64,000 bases of DNA, from the NCBI GenBank assembly GCA_947176265.1, contig CAMWQA010000002.1, positions 321 through 64,320 of the forward strand. The letters run 5' to 3'. The position numbers and the translations under genes were made by a program. Positions 11,401 through 18,146 of the stretch are shown here, in pieces (within the stretch, counting starts at the first letter, position 1; the number at the start of each line of letters is the position of its first letter). The stretch comes from an uncultured Clostridia bacterium. GTDB lineage: Bacteria; Bacillota; Clostridia; Christensenellales; UBA3700. A model generated the notes under the pieces. The model saw nothing but the letters and a program-made list of their open reading frames with translations, was not told the origin of the DNA and searched no databases.

Positions 11401-12025
11401 ATCTACTACTTCCATCTTGATTGACAGAGGTCAATTTTGACGCATCGTATGATTCTGCATAAGAACCGCCATTGTTTAGAGTAACTGCGCGCATATAACT
11501 CGTTCCATACATACTGTCTGGATATTTGATCGTACCTGTTGCGTTAGAAGACGAGCTACTAGTATGCCATTTGGAATTTGTGCTACTTGATTCTATAGTG
11601 TTTGCCGCCCACAACGTAAGTATAGGAGCCCCGCTCGAATTCTGCGACAAATATGTAGCAATCCAATTTGCTCCGTTTATCTTGACGACTACGTCATTGC
11701 CGTCATTATAACTTCTAAAGTCTGCGCTGGTCTTTGTCATTGAATTCAAAGCGCTCATTTCACTGAGTTTGGTCACATCGCCATTGGTAATTTGGCTCAT
11801 AAGCGTCCAAAATACTTCTCCGTCAAAAACGTTGCCTGTAGGATCATCTGCATAACCTGTTAACAACATTTCATCAAGATTTGTGGATTGCGTGTCAAAA
11901 TATACAATAGCCTGCGCTTTTTGACCTATCCCCGATATTATTCCTATACAACTCATTAGCATTGCAAGCGCCAATATTGACGCTATAAATATCGTTATTC
12001 TCTTTGTCTCTTTTGTCTTATTCAT
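5489..12025 (-). CDS. Giant membrane-spanning surface protein 1 (2178 aa): head domain, Ig/MBG-like repeats, TM segments, long cytoplasmic tail
   Basis: N-terminal signal/anchor (ITIFIASILALAMLMSC). Head domain with LWLPS...YWTRS...VRPAFHLNL motifs. Many roughly 90-aa modules with YxG...AGxY...NY signatures. TM segments encoded at about 6641-6874, then a 383-aa charged tail. GAGGAA RBS at 12029-12034. Confidence 0.9.
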   Translation of the reverse strand: MNKTKETKRITIFIASILALAMLMSCIGIISGIGQKAQAIVYFDTQSTNLDEMLLTGYADDPTGNVFDGEVFWTLMSQITNGDVTKLSEMSALNSMTKTSADFRSYNDGNDVVVKINGANWIATYLSQNSSGAPILTLWAANTIESSSTNSKWHTSSSSSNATGTIKYPDSMYGTSYMRAVTLNNGGSYAESYDASKLTSVNQDGSSRYAIYTMASAKGSLKSFIEVPNNVSWQRYQYAKNSVTASAYTTDYKYNNNNDALYVGGDGAAGSFLNKTGYKNWGSDSLWLPSVAETGVSDVDGIWQASSNTRFSCNFNNSYQSYYWTRSGSCTSSYHAYLLNKGGNGMSNSWIDNSYMVRPAFHLNLSKAAAKAGYLGLEEPVDVTNPYNGQDQTLADITDETKTSWFDSAKITLTYPSTGMKNAGKYTIKAEIDPDLAEESGLKFSGTPDISDPIHKESETVRYFTYTITKKKIGVVVAKDTNEMPVVSLANLSDVFTGDTEANGRAPTLGFSYSGASLSGSTTTLPTAVGTYTATAIITNDCSYELDDTYSISFKINKKDVTLPAKSGLSTQEYIGDYIEFTLMGGNNSDISFELPDGMSWKDDNRNTNTLIAKNAKQYKVKATLADNGVSTQWPDGSIGAQYFDYEITKKPLIITITCSAAGWEWNVGDTPTIIIDEDSFTTDTTDLYIYYIDSKNPSVKHDGINANKVTVGNTRTITMPGDIAQGSYTIGVELYGSNNDNDNYSLDVPKTAMFTVKGSAVTIDASKIVWMYNNTVITDTSNVKLIYSGNAYQFSVDATVLRTNGAKVDITKGTNGYSGDVNVTNAKSTYSVTVYVTNYDNTYETHNSQYTLNYSIDKAKYDLSGLSWPTTNTTEYKKGIAQSMELSGSLPQGLSVKYTGNDKMPVGPYTTTVTFIVSDTDNYYVPTKGATDTYEGSFDFDFAWAIEQATLDVSWKDDNNGSSTVYKLPTLKSIGNLDVDSMVDYTYYDSSNNVVTTLPTNVTQEMTFKAVATLKTAHAGNYKFKAGTNEYTFTIGKDKYVVTLILKYNGNNIDDAEIAYTGQAIAPTIEITKTDGGIIPANITLKYFKDGSTSYSTDAPTTVGNYRVTAELNYGGDLNYIDNDSAEFEFKIIKADFDVSGLKWTYAHTDKDGNVVNATYDLTQSKWLDASGSEIQPMTYDTTPHTLTLEGKDGIDNLTITVSGNEQTNAGSAYTAQVTYTYDTDNYNAPNFPDSLSWSIAKAKIDASNIVWGYSVGVSADEIAYTDNLPYTRIEGGEVKYTVKLINVPDELKDFIKYTGTTDGTTEVGSYSTTYRIDNFDTNNYETLVMPSGLLTKFNWEVEPKKLDKPVYDGSWTMFDGEVHDFAGMFGITDNDWKLYINMIVTKDGEEYAGLSGDDYDHLTDKQYKAIKAGEYLVKFELIAPTSNSDVTNVLWLDRPDPTGYTVEVEKYKIDVKEWQGSNENATVNLDTWVKAFVSYRITDSKGNTVNSNNMQLGEIYTKELCAKAGYENDIEIIGKKTLSISLGTVKVAKPIFDEEKTITYDGNTHTVEEFLKKPAGKGVKFDVEEMTDAREYTITVSLDGEVYTWEDGSNDSYTYTVKIDKATVSQNTLVWATDANGLPKLTVRGHSDIEFKYTYLDADGFELTLAEIADGMEYAKVIAKIDNGNYDIIDVNKDVVEQVTYDPKAQGNKDPEENKTGGVVDFGKVGEVLKEWWQIIASVISIILIIIFTSKGISYASKKKQAKNTIKNKYNSAYYAGMVGLFGLSMTAWTAIACVLMGLGVLSFVFMLIEKSGYNKAERELENARDEYNANKAEIENKQRADQMQMMLMGMLGNNGGGQGVQSAAIDMGAIQGMIDDAMSRNIQQLPPVQQSSMGDDTIQRLNDTIARLQDQISSNAMVAATVVPSNNDDIIKSLVEGQKMIMQRLSEQQPVEKVIAREVAVGGANDETIKNLVEGQKLIMQRLDEMAKKQDAEPQIVEKIVEKEVKVEVPVEVEKIVEKEIVKEVPVEKVVEKIIEKEVKVEVPIEASAPIKTKKEVAPKLSLDEAYAQLSKQQQKYFDGLRQYALTKDKCKEKKSTYFIVFGQSTVNPLMKLTIKKDTVVALFKMEDEYLKDIKRDATSDGTKVKVKETEVIISDAQACKVAKNMIDLREDQIERYQDLLKEQRAIKSKK
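5927..6079 (-). repeat. Coding tandem repeat (VEK/VEV short-period repeats) in the tail of giant protein 1
   Basis: Translates to IVEKIVEKEVKVEVPVEVEKIVEKEIVKEVPVEKVVEKIIEKEVKVEVPIE. The periodicity is also visible at the nucleotide level (repeated ttctc/gac/ttt units). Confidence 0.65.
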
Positions 12026-12035
12026 AATTTCCTCA

Positions 12036-12158
12036 TTCCAAAAAAGGTATACTTTTACTGACCCAAAGGTATTGCAAAATTTCTATGCTTGAAGTATAAT
12101 GTATTTGAGAAAAAGTGCCCTTTCACGGGCAGTCAGTAAAAGTATACTTTTTTTGGAA
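12036..12158. repeat. 27-bp inverted repeats (26/27) flanking a 69-bp segment that contains a consensus promoter (candidate invertible promoter)
   Basis: Left arm 12036-12062 (ttCCAAAAAAGGTATACTTTTACTGAC) and right arm 12132-12158 (GTCAGTAAAAGTATACTTTTTTTGGaa). The spacer holds TTGCAA (12072-12077), 17 nt, TATAAT (12095-12100) on the plus strand, pointing away from the giant gene. Confidence 0.7.
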
Positions 12159-12190
12159 AAGTTAAAAATCCCATTAAATAAGACTATTAT

Positions 12191-12230
12191 AAGAATAAAA
12201 ATACGGCTCTCCACTTATGGAAAACCGTAT
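12191..12230 (-). terminator. Rho-independent terminator of trmL
   Basis: Minus strand: ATACGGTTTTCC-ATAAGT-GGAGAGCCGTAT (12-bp stem including two G-U pairs), followed by TTTTATTCTT. Confidence 0.55.
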
Positions 12231-12253
12231 TGACAAATTGATAATTTTTAAAT

Positions 12254-12808
12254 TTAATTAAATGATTTTGTAAGTTTGCCCACTTCGTTGAGCCCCTTAT
12301 ATCCGTGTTGGCGATGGTACTCGTAAATAATTATCGCTACGCTGTTGGCAAGATTGAGCGAACGCGCTTCTTTGCGCATCGGTATGCGTACGCAGTCGGC
12401 GTAATTTTCGTGCAACAACTCTTCGTCAAGTCCTTTGGTCTCTCTGCCGAAAAATACCCAGCAATCCTCATTATATTTGACGTCGGTGTGATTGTGGTCG
12501 GACTTGGTAGACGCAAAGAAAAACTGCGCCCCGCTATTTACTTTGGTATTCTTGACAGCCAAAGCTACGTTGTCGCAAGTATCCGCTTTATCGCCGAAGT
12601 TTACCGACAAAAAGGCTTGCATATTCTCATAGCGATTTACGTCGGAGATTTCCCAATAGTCAAGTCCGCTACGCTTGAGATACTTGTCTTCCCAACTAAA
12701 TCCGCACGGCTCGATTATATGTAACTTTGCGCCCGTAACTGCGCAGGTGCGGACTATATTGCCTGTATTATTTGGTATCTCGGGGTTTACTAATACTACG
12801 TTTATCAT
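12254..12808 (-). CDS. trmL: tRNA (cytidine/uridine-2'-O)-methyltransferase, SpoU/TrmL family
   Basis: 184 aa. VVLVNPEIPNNTGNIVRTCAVTGAKLHIIEP, the FGRETKGL motif and C-terminal SLNLANSVAIIIYE are typical of TrmL. An insertion of about 30 aa is present mid-protein. Confidence 0.85.
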   Translation of the reverse strand: MINVVLVNPEIPNNTGNIVRTCAVTGAKLHIIEPCGFSWEDKYLKRSGLDYWEISDVNRYENMQAFLSVNFGDKADTCDNVALAVKNTKVNSGAQFFFASTKSDHNHTDVKYNEDCWVFFGRETKGLDEELLHENYADCVRIPMRKEARSLNLANSVAIIIYEYHRQHGYKGLNEVGKLTKSFN

Positions 12809-13275
12809 TTTTTACCTTCCGTTAAAGTTTTCTTCATAATATCGTATTTTAAAATTTTGCCGTCATTAATTTCTATAGAGTCGCTGTGAGTATAAACATA
12901 CCCTCTGCGAGTATAAAAATCTTTTGCCACAATCGACGTATCCAAGAGGCTTTCACGATAGTTTTTGGCAATTTCACTTTCTACAAAGTCCATAATTTTA
13001 CTACCCAAGCCTTGACCTATATGCGATTGCTCCACAAAAACTCTCATCAAATGGTTGTCCTCGACGGTTGCAGTTGCCAAGATTTTATCATTATCCAACA
13101 GTACGAAAACGATTCCCTTTGATATATCCTCTTTAATTGCTTCTTGACTGTGCAAAGCAGAGAAAAAATCTACTTCTTCTTTCGTATATGCGTCTTTATA
13201 CGCAGTACGTATAGTATTCTGTACCAAGAGAAAAATCTCTTGGGTATCTTTTATTTCCGCCTTTTTTATTTTCAT
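12805..13275 (-). CDS. GNAT family N-acetyltransferase
   Basis: 156 aa with the acetyl-CoA motif RVFVEQSHIGQGLGSKIMDFVE. 4-nt ATGA overlap with trmL. Confidence 0.8.
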   Translation of the reverse strand: MKIKKAEIKDTQEIFLLVQNTIRTAYKDAYTKEEVDFFSALHSQEAIKEDISKGIVFVLLDNDKILATATVEDNHLMRVFVEQSHIGQGLGSKIMDFVESEIAKNYRESLLDTSIVAKDFYTRRGYVYTHSDSIEINDGKILKYDIMKKTLTEGKK

Positions 13276-13347
13276 TTTACTACCTTATAACAAAGTTTGC
13301 GCGAACAAATATTGGTCGTCATTACTTTATTTGTATTGATATAATAT

Positions 13348-13434
13348 GTCATTTCGAGCGTATTCGAGAAATCTCAATCCGTTTATTTAATTTGCAAAGA
13401 TTTCTCCACGCCGCTCCGCTTTGGTCGAAATGAC
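13348..13434. repeat. Nested imperfect palindromic intergenic element (REP-like)
   Basis: GTCATTTCGA (13348-13357) pairs with TCGAAATGAC (13425-13434). Inside, GAGAAATCT pairs with AGATTTCTC. It lies between the dusB stop and the GNAT gene start. Confidence 0.5.
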
Positions 13435-13443
13435 GTATACAAG

Positions 13444-14367
13444 TTACTCAAAATATCTGTCTACAACTTGCCTAATATCGTCGATGGTCTTACAAACGTA
13501 CGCGTCAAGTTTGATTTGTCGTTGTCCGCGCATACCTCGGCAATAATACGCCAATTGTTTTTTGAAATTGCACGCGACGAAGTTGGGATGATGAAACTCA
13601 AGCATCGTATTGAGATGCGTCAATATATCTTGCTTAAGCGAATAATTCTCGATAGCAATTCCCTTTATGTCGCTGAAAAGTTTGGGATTGCCTAGCGCGC
13701 CTCTCGCAATCATTGCGCCGTCGCAACCCGTGACTTCCATTGCCTCTTGATAGCTCGCCCTATCCACTATATCGCCGTTGACAAATATGGGAATATCGAC
13801 TGCCTTTTTGACTTTGGCAATCTCCTGCCAATCAGCCTTGCCGGAATACATTTGCTCGCGCGTGCGACCGTGTACGGTTATTGCGCTTGCGCCTGCGTCC
13901 TGCATTGCCTTGCCGAAGTCTACCGCAACTATCTTATCCGCGCTTACGCCTATACGGTATTTTACCGTAACGGGTTTGCCTGTCACTCTTGCCGCCTTGA
14001 CGACCTCTTGCGCCAAAGGTATATTCTCAAGTAGCGCGCTACCCTCTCCGTTCTTGACAATCTTGGGGACGGGACAGCCCATATTGATATCTATTACGTC
14101 AAATTTCTCAAGCGCCTTGTGCTCTACCGCCTTGGATATGTAATAGGGCTCGCTGCCGAAAATCTGCACGCACTTGACCTTCTCGCTGTCGGTGGTACGC
14201 AGTAGATCTTGCGTCCTTTCGCTTCCGTAAATCAAGCCCTTTGCGCTTACCATTTCGGTATACGTCATATCCGCTCCGCGCATTGCGCACACCTTTCGCG
14301 CGCCCACGTCGCTGTAACCTGCTATGGGGGCGAATACCACGCCTTTAAACTCAATTCTTTGCGGCAA
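13444..14367 (-). CDS. dusB: tRNA-dihydrouridine synthase
   Basis: FAPIAGYSD, DINMGCP, ITVHGRTREQ and GDI...GCDGAMIARGALGNP motifs. The ORF track starts at TTG 14403, but GGGAGGAAG sits 6 nt upstream of a TTG at 14367. That start leaves only a 17-nt overlap with mazG. Confidence 0.85.
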   Translation of the reverse strand: MPQRIEFKGVVFAPIAGYSDVGARKVCAMRGADMTYTEMVSAKGLIYGSERTQDLLRTTDSEKVKCVQIFGSEPYYISKAVEHKALEKFDVIDINMGCPVPKIVKNGEGSALLENIPLAQEVVKAARVTGKPVTVKYRIGVSADKIVAVDFGKAMQDAGASAITVHGRTREQMYSGKADWQEIAKVKKAVDIPIFVNGDIVDRASYQEAMEVTGCDGAMIARGALGNPKLFSDIKGIAIENYSLKQDILTHLNTMLEFHHPNFVACNFKKQLAYYCRGMRGQRQIKLDAYVCKTIDDIRQVVDRYFE

Positions 14368-15730
14368 TTTTTGCTTCCTCCCAAAGTGCGTTGAGTTCGT
14401 CAAGGCTCTTGCCTTTCATATCTCCGTTACATTTATTTTCAACGTACTTAAATCTCTTTACAAATTTGTCTATGGCTCTTGACAACGCAATCTCCGGCTC
14501 GACGTTTTTCCATCTCAAAGCGTTGACTACCGCAATGAGTATATCTCCGCCCTCATCTTCGAGCTCGTCTGCCGTCTGCGCTTTGCAAAACTCGTCCGTC
14601 TCTTCTCTTATCTTATCTACTACCTGCTCAAAGTTGTCAAACTCAAATCCGACTTTGCCCACAGCCTTTTGCACTTTGTACGCTCTCATAAGCGCAGGCA
14701 AAGCGCCCGCTATCTTGTCAATCTTGTCGCTTGCCGAAGCATACTTCTTTTCTTTGGCTTTTGCGTTATCCCACGCTTTAAGCGCTTCTTCGGGAGTATT
14801 TGCAACCACGTCGCCGAATATGTGCGTATGTCTGTCGATAAGTTTGCGACATATACCGCTGAGGCAATCTTCCAAACTAAACTCTCCGCAATCCTCCGCT
14901 ATCACGCAATGGAAGATGCTTTGCAAAAACAAATCTCCGCTCTCTTCGATAATGTTGTCTATATCGTCGTTGTTGATAGCTTCGACGAGTTCGTAGGCTT
15001 CTTCGACAGCGTTTTGACGTATGCTTTCGTGCGTCTGAACTTTGTCCCACTGACAGCCGTTTTCGCCCCTTAAAATGCGCATAATCTGATATAAATCGGC
15101 AAAGTTGAATCTTTGCTTGTCCACAAGATTTTTGGGCGGAACATACAGCGTAGTTGCGTAGTTATACTCCCCCTGTCTGTCAAGCTCGTATATCGCGATT
15201 TGCTTATCGCCGAAAAATGCAATCTCTTCGTCGCCCAATATATTTTGAAGTATGAGTTTTACTTCGCTTGCTATAAATGCGTTGTCTATATCCGTAACGC
15301 AAAGCGACAGTCTCGTGTCGTAATTAAATCCTTTCATACTTACGAGTTCGTACGCGCTTATCACTACGCTTGCCACGCCCGGCTTACCGCCTGCAATACC
15401 GAACGATGCGGACGGAAGTATCTTGACCTCGCGCTTTTGCGCAAGCAAAGCCACTGACCTGTCCTCATATCCGCTGCCGTTTACGCAATAGACTATATCG
15501 CCCTTTTGCGACAAAAGGAAGTTAGCTATCTCCTCGTCAAGTTCGTCAAAGTTTTGGGATTTTTCATAGATGAAATCAAGGGAAACGCAGTCTATACCCT
15601 TGTCTTTAAAATAATCGTATGTATCCGTCAAAGCCGTCTTGACAAAGACCTTTTCGGCCTTGTCAATTTTCTCTGCGCCCGCTAACGTCAGTTGCCCTTT
15701 AGCGCAACCTAATGCCACTACTGTTATCAT
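14351..15730 (-). CDS. mazG: YabN-type fusion: tetrapyrrole-methylase-like domain + MazG nucleoside triphosphate pyrophosphohydrolase
   Basis: The C-terminal half has tandem MazG repeats (EEAYELVEAI..., EETDEFCKA...EDEGGDILIAVVN). ATG at 15730 (MITVVALGC) is preceded by GGAGG; the track start at 15760 is a GTG extension. Confidence 0.85.
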   Translation of the reverse strand: MITVVALGCAKGQLTLAGAEKIDKAEKVFVKTALTDTYDYFKDKGIDCVSLDFIYEKSQNFDELDEEIANFLLSQKGDIVYCVNGSGYEDRSVALLAQKREVKILPSASFGIAGGKPGVASVVISAYELVSMKGFNYDTRLSLCVTDIDNAFIASEVKLILQNILGDEEIAFFGDKQIAIYELDRQGEYNYATTLYVPPKNLVDKQRFNFADLYQIMRILRGENGCQWDKVQTHESIRQNAVEEAYELVEAINNDDIDNIIEESGDLFLQSIFHCVIAEDCGEFSLEDCLSGICRKLIDRHTHIFGDVVANTPEEALKAWDNAKAKEKKYASASDKIDKIAGALPALMRAYKVQKAVGKVGFEFDNFEQVVDKIREETDEFCKAQTADELEDEGGDILIAVVNALRWKNVEPEIALSRAIDKFVKRFKYVENKCNGDMKGKSLDELNALWEEAKIAAKN

Positions 15731-15939
15731 ATTTTCCTCCGAGCCTATACTTATGTTCACGCGGTAATCTCGCTATCGATTTTAGCGCTAAGTTCGTCTA
15801 GCCATTGCGAACGTAACTCTGCTACGCCCACAATGTCTATCCTGCTTATCGCATAAATCGCTGACGCAATCTTACTCGCGCTTACCTAAGCATAGTCTCT
15901 ATTATTTTATTCCTTAGTTTTCCCTATACTTTCACTCAA

Positions 15940-17502
15940 TTAATGAGATACTTTATAATATCCCGTCTTTGTCAAAAGACGAGTGAGTTTGCCGCCGAGG
16001 GGAAGCATTTGCATCTCTTTCTGCTCTACTGCTCTCATCACAAGTAACGATACGATATATACCGTTGCGCCTACTCCTACTGCGCATACGAGCGACCATA
16101 TATTATTACGAATGAATAACGACGGCAACATTGCCATTGACATTATAGCACCCGACAGTGTGATTTTACTAATACTTTTGAAGAGTTTTGCATTTTTACC
16201 CACAAGTTTGTTGTAATAAACGCCGTTGAGCGCAAACGCTGTCAAGTAAAAGACTATCGACGATACTCCGCTGACCATAATACCCCATCGTGGCACGAAT
16301 ATGAGTTCTATGAGTATTTTAATCGCTCCGCTTACCGCAATATTGACGAGCACCGGACGAAGTCTGCCAAGCCCTTGCAAGATCGCGTTGACCGCCTCGA
16401 GCATAGACAGCAACAATACGTTGATTGCCGTCAGCGAAAGCAAATACGCAGTCAGATCTTTATGCGCCTGTCCAAGCGAAGGATACAACACTCCCACGAC
16501 CTGTCTTGACATAATTGCTCCGCCCAAGAAAAACGGCATTGCAATCATAAAACACATTTTCAAAGTAGTCGCTGTTTTTTGTTTGACGGATACCACGTCG
16601 TAGCCCGCCATTGCGCTTGCCACCGCAGGCACGATTGCCACTGATATTGACATCGCAAGCACGATAGGCATATTTATAACAGACGCTACGGGACCCGTGA
16701 GTATGCCGTATTGACTTACCGCGTCTGACGCTCCGCCTTTGATAAGCAAATTGACGACCATAACGCTGTCGATAAATGCTATCAACGGAAATATAAATCC
16801 GCTTGCCGTGATGGGCAAAAAGGTGGGAAAAAACTTATATTCCGTAGAAAGCACAGGCAACGCTCTCTCGTCTTTTGCCGAGACCATAAACCATATAAAT
16901 ACCGTCAAAAGCGAAATAAATTCGCTTACGCTCACTGCGACCAATGCGCCCGCAACGGCTTGCATAAGTCCTCTTGGCATCATAAGGTATGCAAATAGCA
17001 AACCAAGAGCGAACTTGACGAATACTTCGACGATTTGGCTAACTCCCGACGGCGACGTATTACCGTGTCCCAAAAACCAGCCTTTGAATACGCCCGCCAA
17101 AGCTACGAAGATTATCGCAGGCGCAATGGCAACGTAGCAAATATATACGCTTGCCTGCGACTGCGCGCTTGCCATAACCTTTGAGAGCAACACTGTGACA
17201 ATCGCTCCCAACGCGCCCGCAAAGACTGCGTATAAGACGGCTTTCTTTATTATTGCGCGCACCGCTCCGCCTCTGTCGCGCGACAGCTCTGCGGAAATTT
17301 GTCTCGACAGCGTAAGCGGTATCGCATTGCTCGTGATTGCAAGCAAGAGAGCAAATAGAGGGAATACGAGTTGATAATATCCTATTCCCTCTGCGCCCAA
17401 CACGTATGTGAGGGCTATGCGGTATGCTCCGCCAAGCAACTTCGCCGCTATCGAACATACCGCCAGCAATATTGCGCCTTGCGCTATCGTACGCTTTTTC
17501 AT
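15940..17502 (-). CDS. MOP-superfamily polysaccharide/lipid II flippase-like protein (YabM/SpoVB-like)
   Basis: 520 aa with about 14 TM helices. The N-terminal GAILLAVCSIAAKLLGGAYRIALTYVLGAEGIGYYQ motif is typical of MurJ/SpoVB-type proteins. Its position between spoVT and yabN matches B. subtilis yabM. Confidence 0.8.
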   Translation of the reverse strand: MKKRTIAQGAILLAVCSIAAKLLGGAYRIALTYVLGAEGIGYYQLVFPLFALLLAITSNAIPLTLSRQISAELSRDRGGAVRAIIKKAVLYAVFAGALGAIVTVLLSKVMASAQSQASVYICYVAIAPAIIFVALAGVFKGWFLGHGNTSPSGVSQIVEVFVKFALGLLFAYLMMPRGLMQAVAGALVAVSVSEFISLLTVFIWFMVSAKDERALPVLSTEYKFFPTFLPITASGFIFPLIAFIDSVMVVNLLIKGGASDAVSQYGILTGPVASVINMPIVLAMSISVAIVPAVASAMAGYDVVSVKQKTATTLKMCFMIAMPFFLGGAIMSRQVVGVLYPSLGQAHKDLTAYLLSLTAINVLLLSMLEAVNAILQGLGRLRPVLVNIAVSGAIKILIELIFVPRWGIMVSGVSSIVFYLTAFALNGVYYNKLVGKNAKLFKSISKITLSGAIMSMAMLPSLFIRNNIWSLVCAVGVGATVYIVSLLVMRAVEQKEMQMLPLGGKLTRLLTKTGYYKVSH

Positions 17503-17503
17503 A

Positions 17504-18028
17504 TTAACCGATATTGTACGTCAAGTACCCTGCCATTGCGTCGCACAACGCCATGTCTACTGCGCCGAGCTTCTCTGCAGAAAGAATGATGCCGCCGTAT
17601 AAATCGCCGCTGCTGATAAGCGGAACGATATACTGTTCTCCGTTTCTGACAACTTGCATATCGTCGACGAGACGCACGCTTCTGTCCTTGATAAGACGGC
17701 TCTTTCTGTCGTCAAGCACGCCGTAAAGTTCGTCGCTAATGTCTTCGCCTTGCAAGCCCTCTTTACCGCCTACGTGCGCCAAAATACTGCTTGTGTCGCA
17801 TATTGCGACTTCTTTGCCGGTATTCTTATAAAGCACCTTGCTTATTGCGTCAAGCTGCTCGGGAGTAGCGCCGACTTCGTTGTATTTTTTGAATACCAAT
17901 TCTCCGCTGTCGTTGGTAAAAATCTCGAGCAATTCGCCCTCTTTGAGTTTGAGTACTTTCCTCAATTCTTTGGGAATTACTACTCTTCCCAATTCGTCAA
18001 TTCTTCTTACTATACCTGTCTCTTTCAT
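17504..18028 (-). CDS. spoVT: Stage V sporulation protein T (AbrB-family regulator with GAF-like domain)
   Basis: MKETGIVRRIDELGRVVIPKELRKVLKLKEGELLEIF closely matches the SpoVT/AbrB swapped-hairpin N-terminus. 174 aa, like B. subtilis SpoVT. GGAGG sits 6 nt upstream of ATG 18028; the track start at 18055 is an extension. Confidence 0.85.
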   Translation of the reverse strand: MKETGIVRRIDELGRVVIPKELRKVLKLKEGELLEIFTNDSGELVFKKYNEVGATPEQLDAISKVLYKNTGKEVAICDTSSILAHVGGKEGLQGEDISDELYGVLDDRKSRLIKDRSVRLVDDMQVVRNGEQYIVPLISSGDLYGGIILSAEKLGAVDMALCDAMAGYLTYNIG

Positions 18029-18071
18029 ATTGACCTCCGAGCATAGTATAAGCAATGCAAAAAAAATTATG

Positions 18072-18116
18072 TAATAAAAATGCGCTCCTCTGCCATCGCT
18101 GACATTTGGAGCGCAT
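18072..18116 (-). terminator. Rho-independent terminator of the LRR protein gene
   Basis: Minus strand: ATGCGCTCC (19-nt loop) GGAGCGCAT, stem at 18080-18116, followed by TTTTATTAC. Confidence 0.55.
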
Positions 18117-18146
18117 ATATTGATATTATATTATCTATATTGTATT

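Noticed and set aside
17504-18055. N-terminal extensions given by the ORF track for spoVT (18055). Similar cases: 22802, 46012, 46147, 47536, 50262, 53489, 57469, 63934, 15760, 5340
   Set aside because: In each case an internal ATG has a well-spaced GGAGG-type Shine-Dalgarno sequence, yields a canonical family N-terminus or signal peptide, and/or the upstream start is a TTG/GTG or lies at or before the predicted promoter. The shorter coordinates are reported instead.
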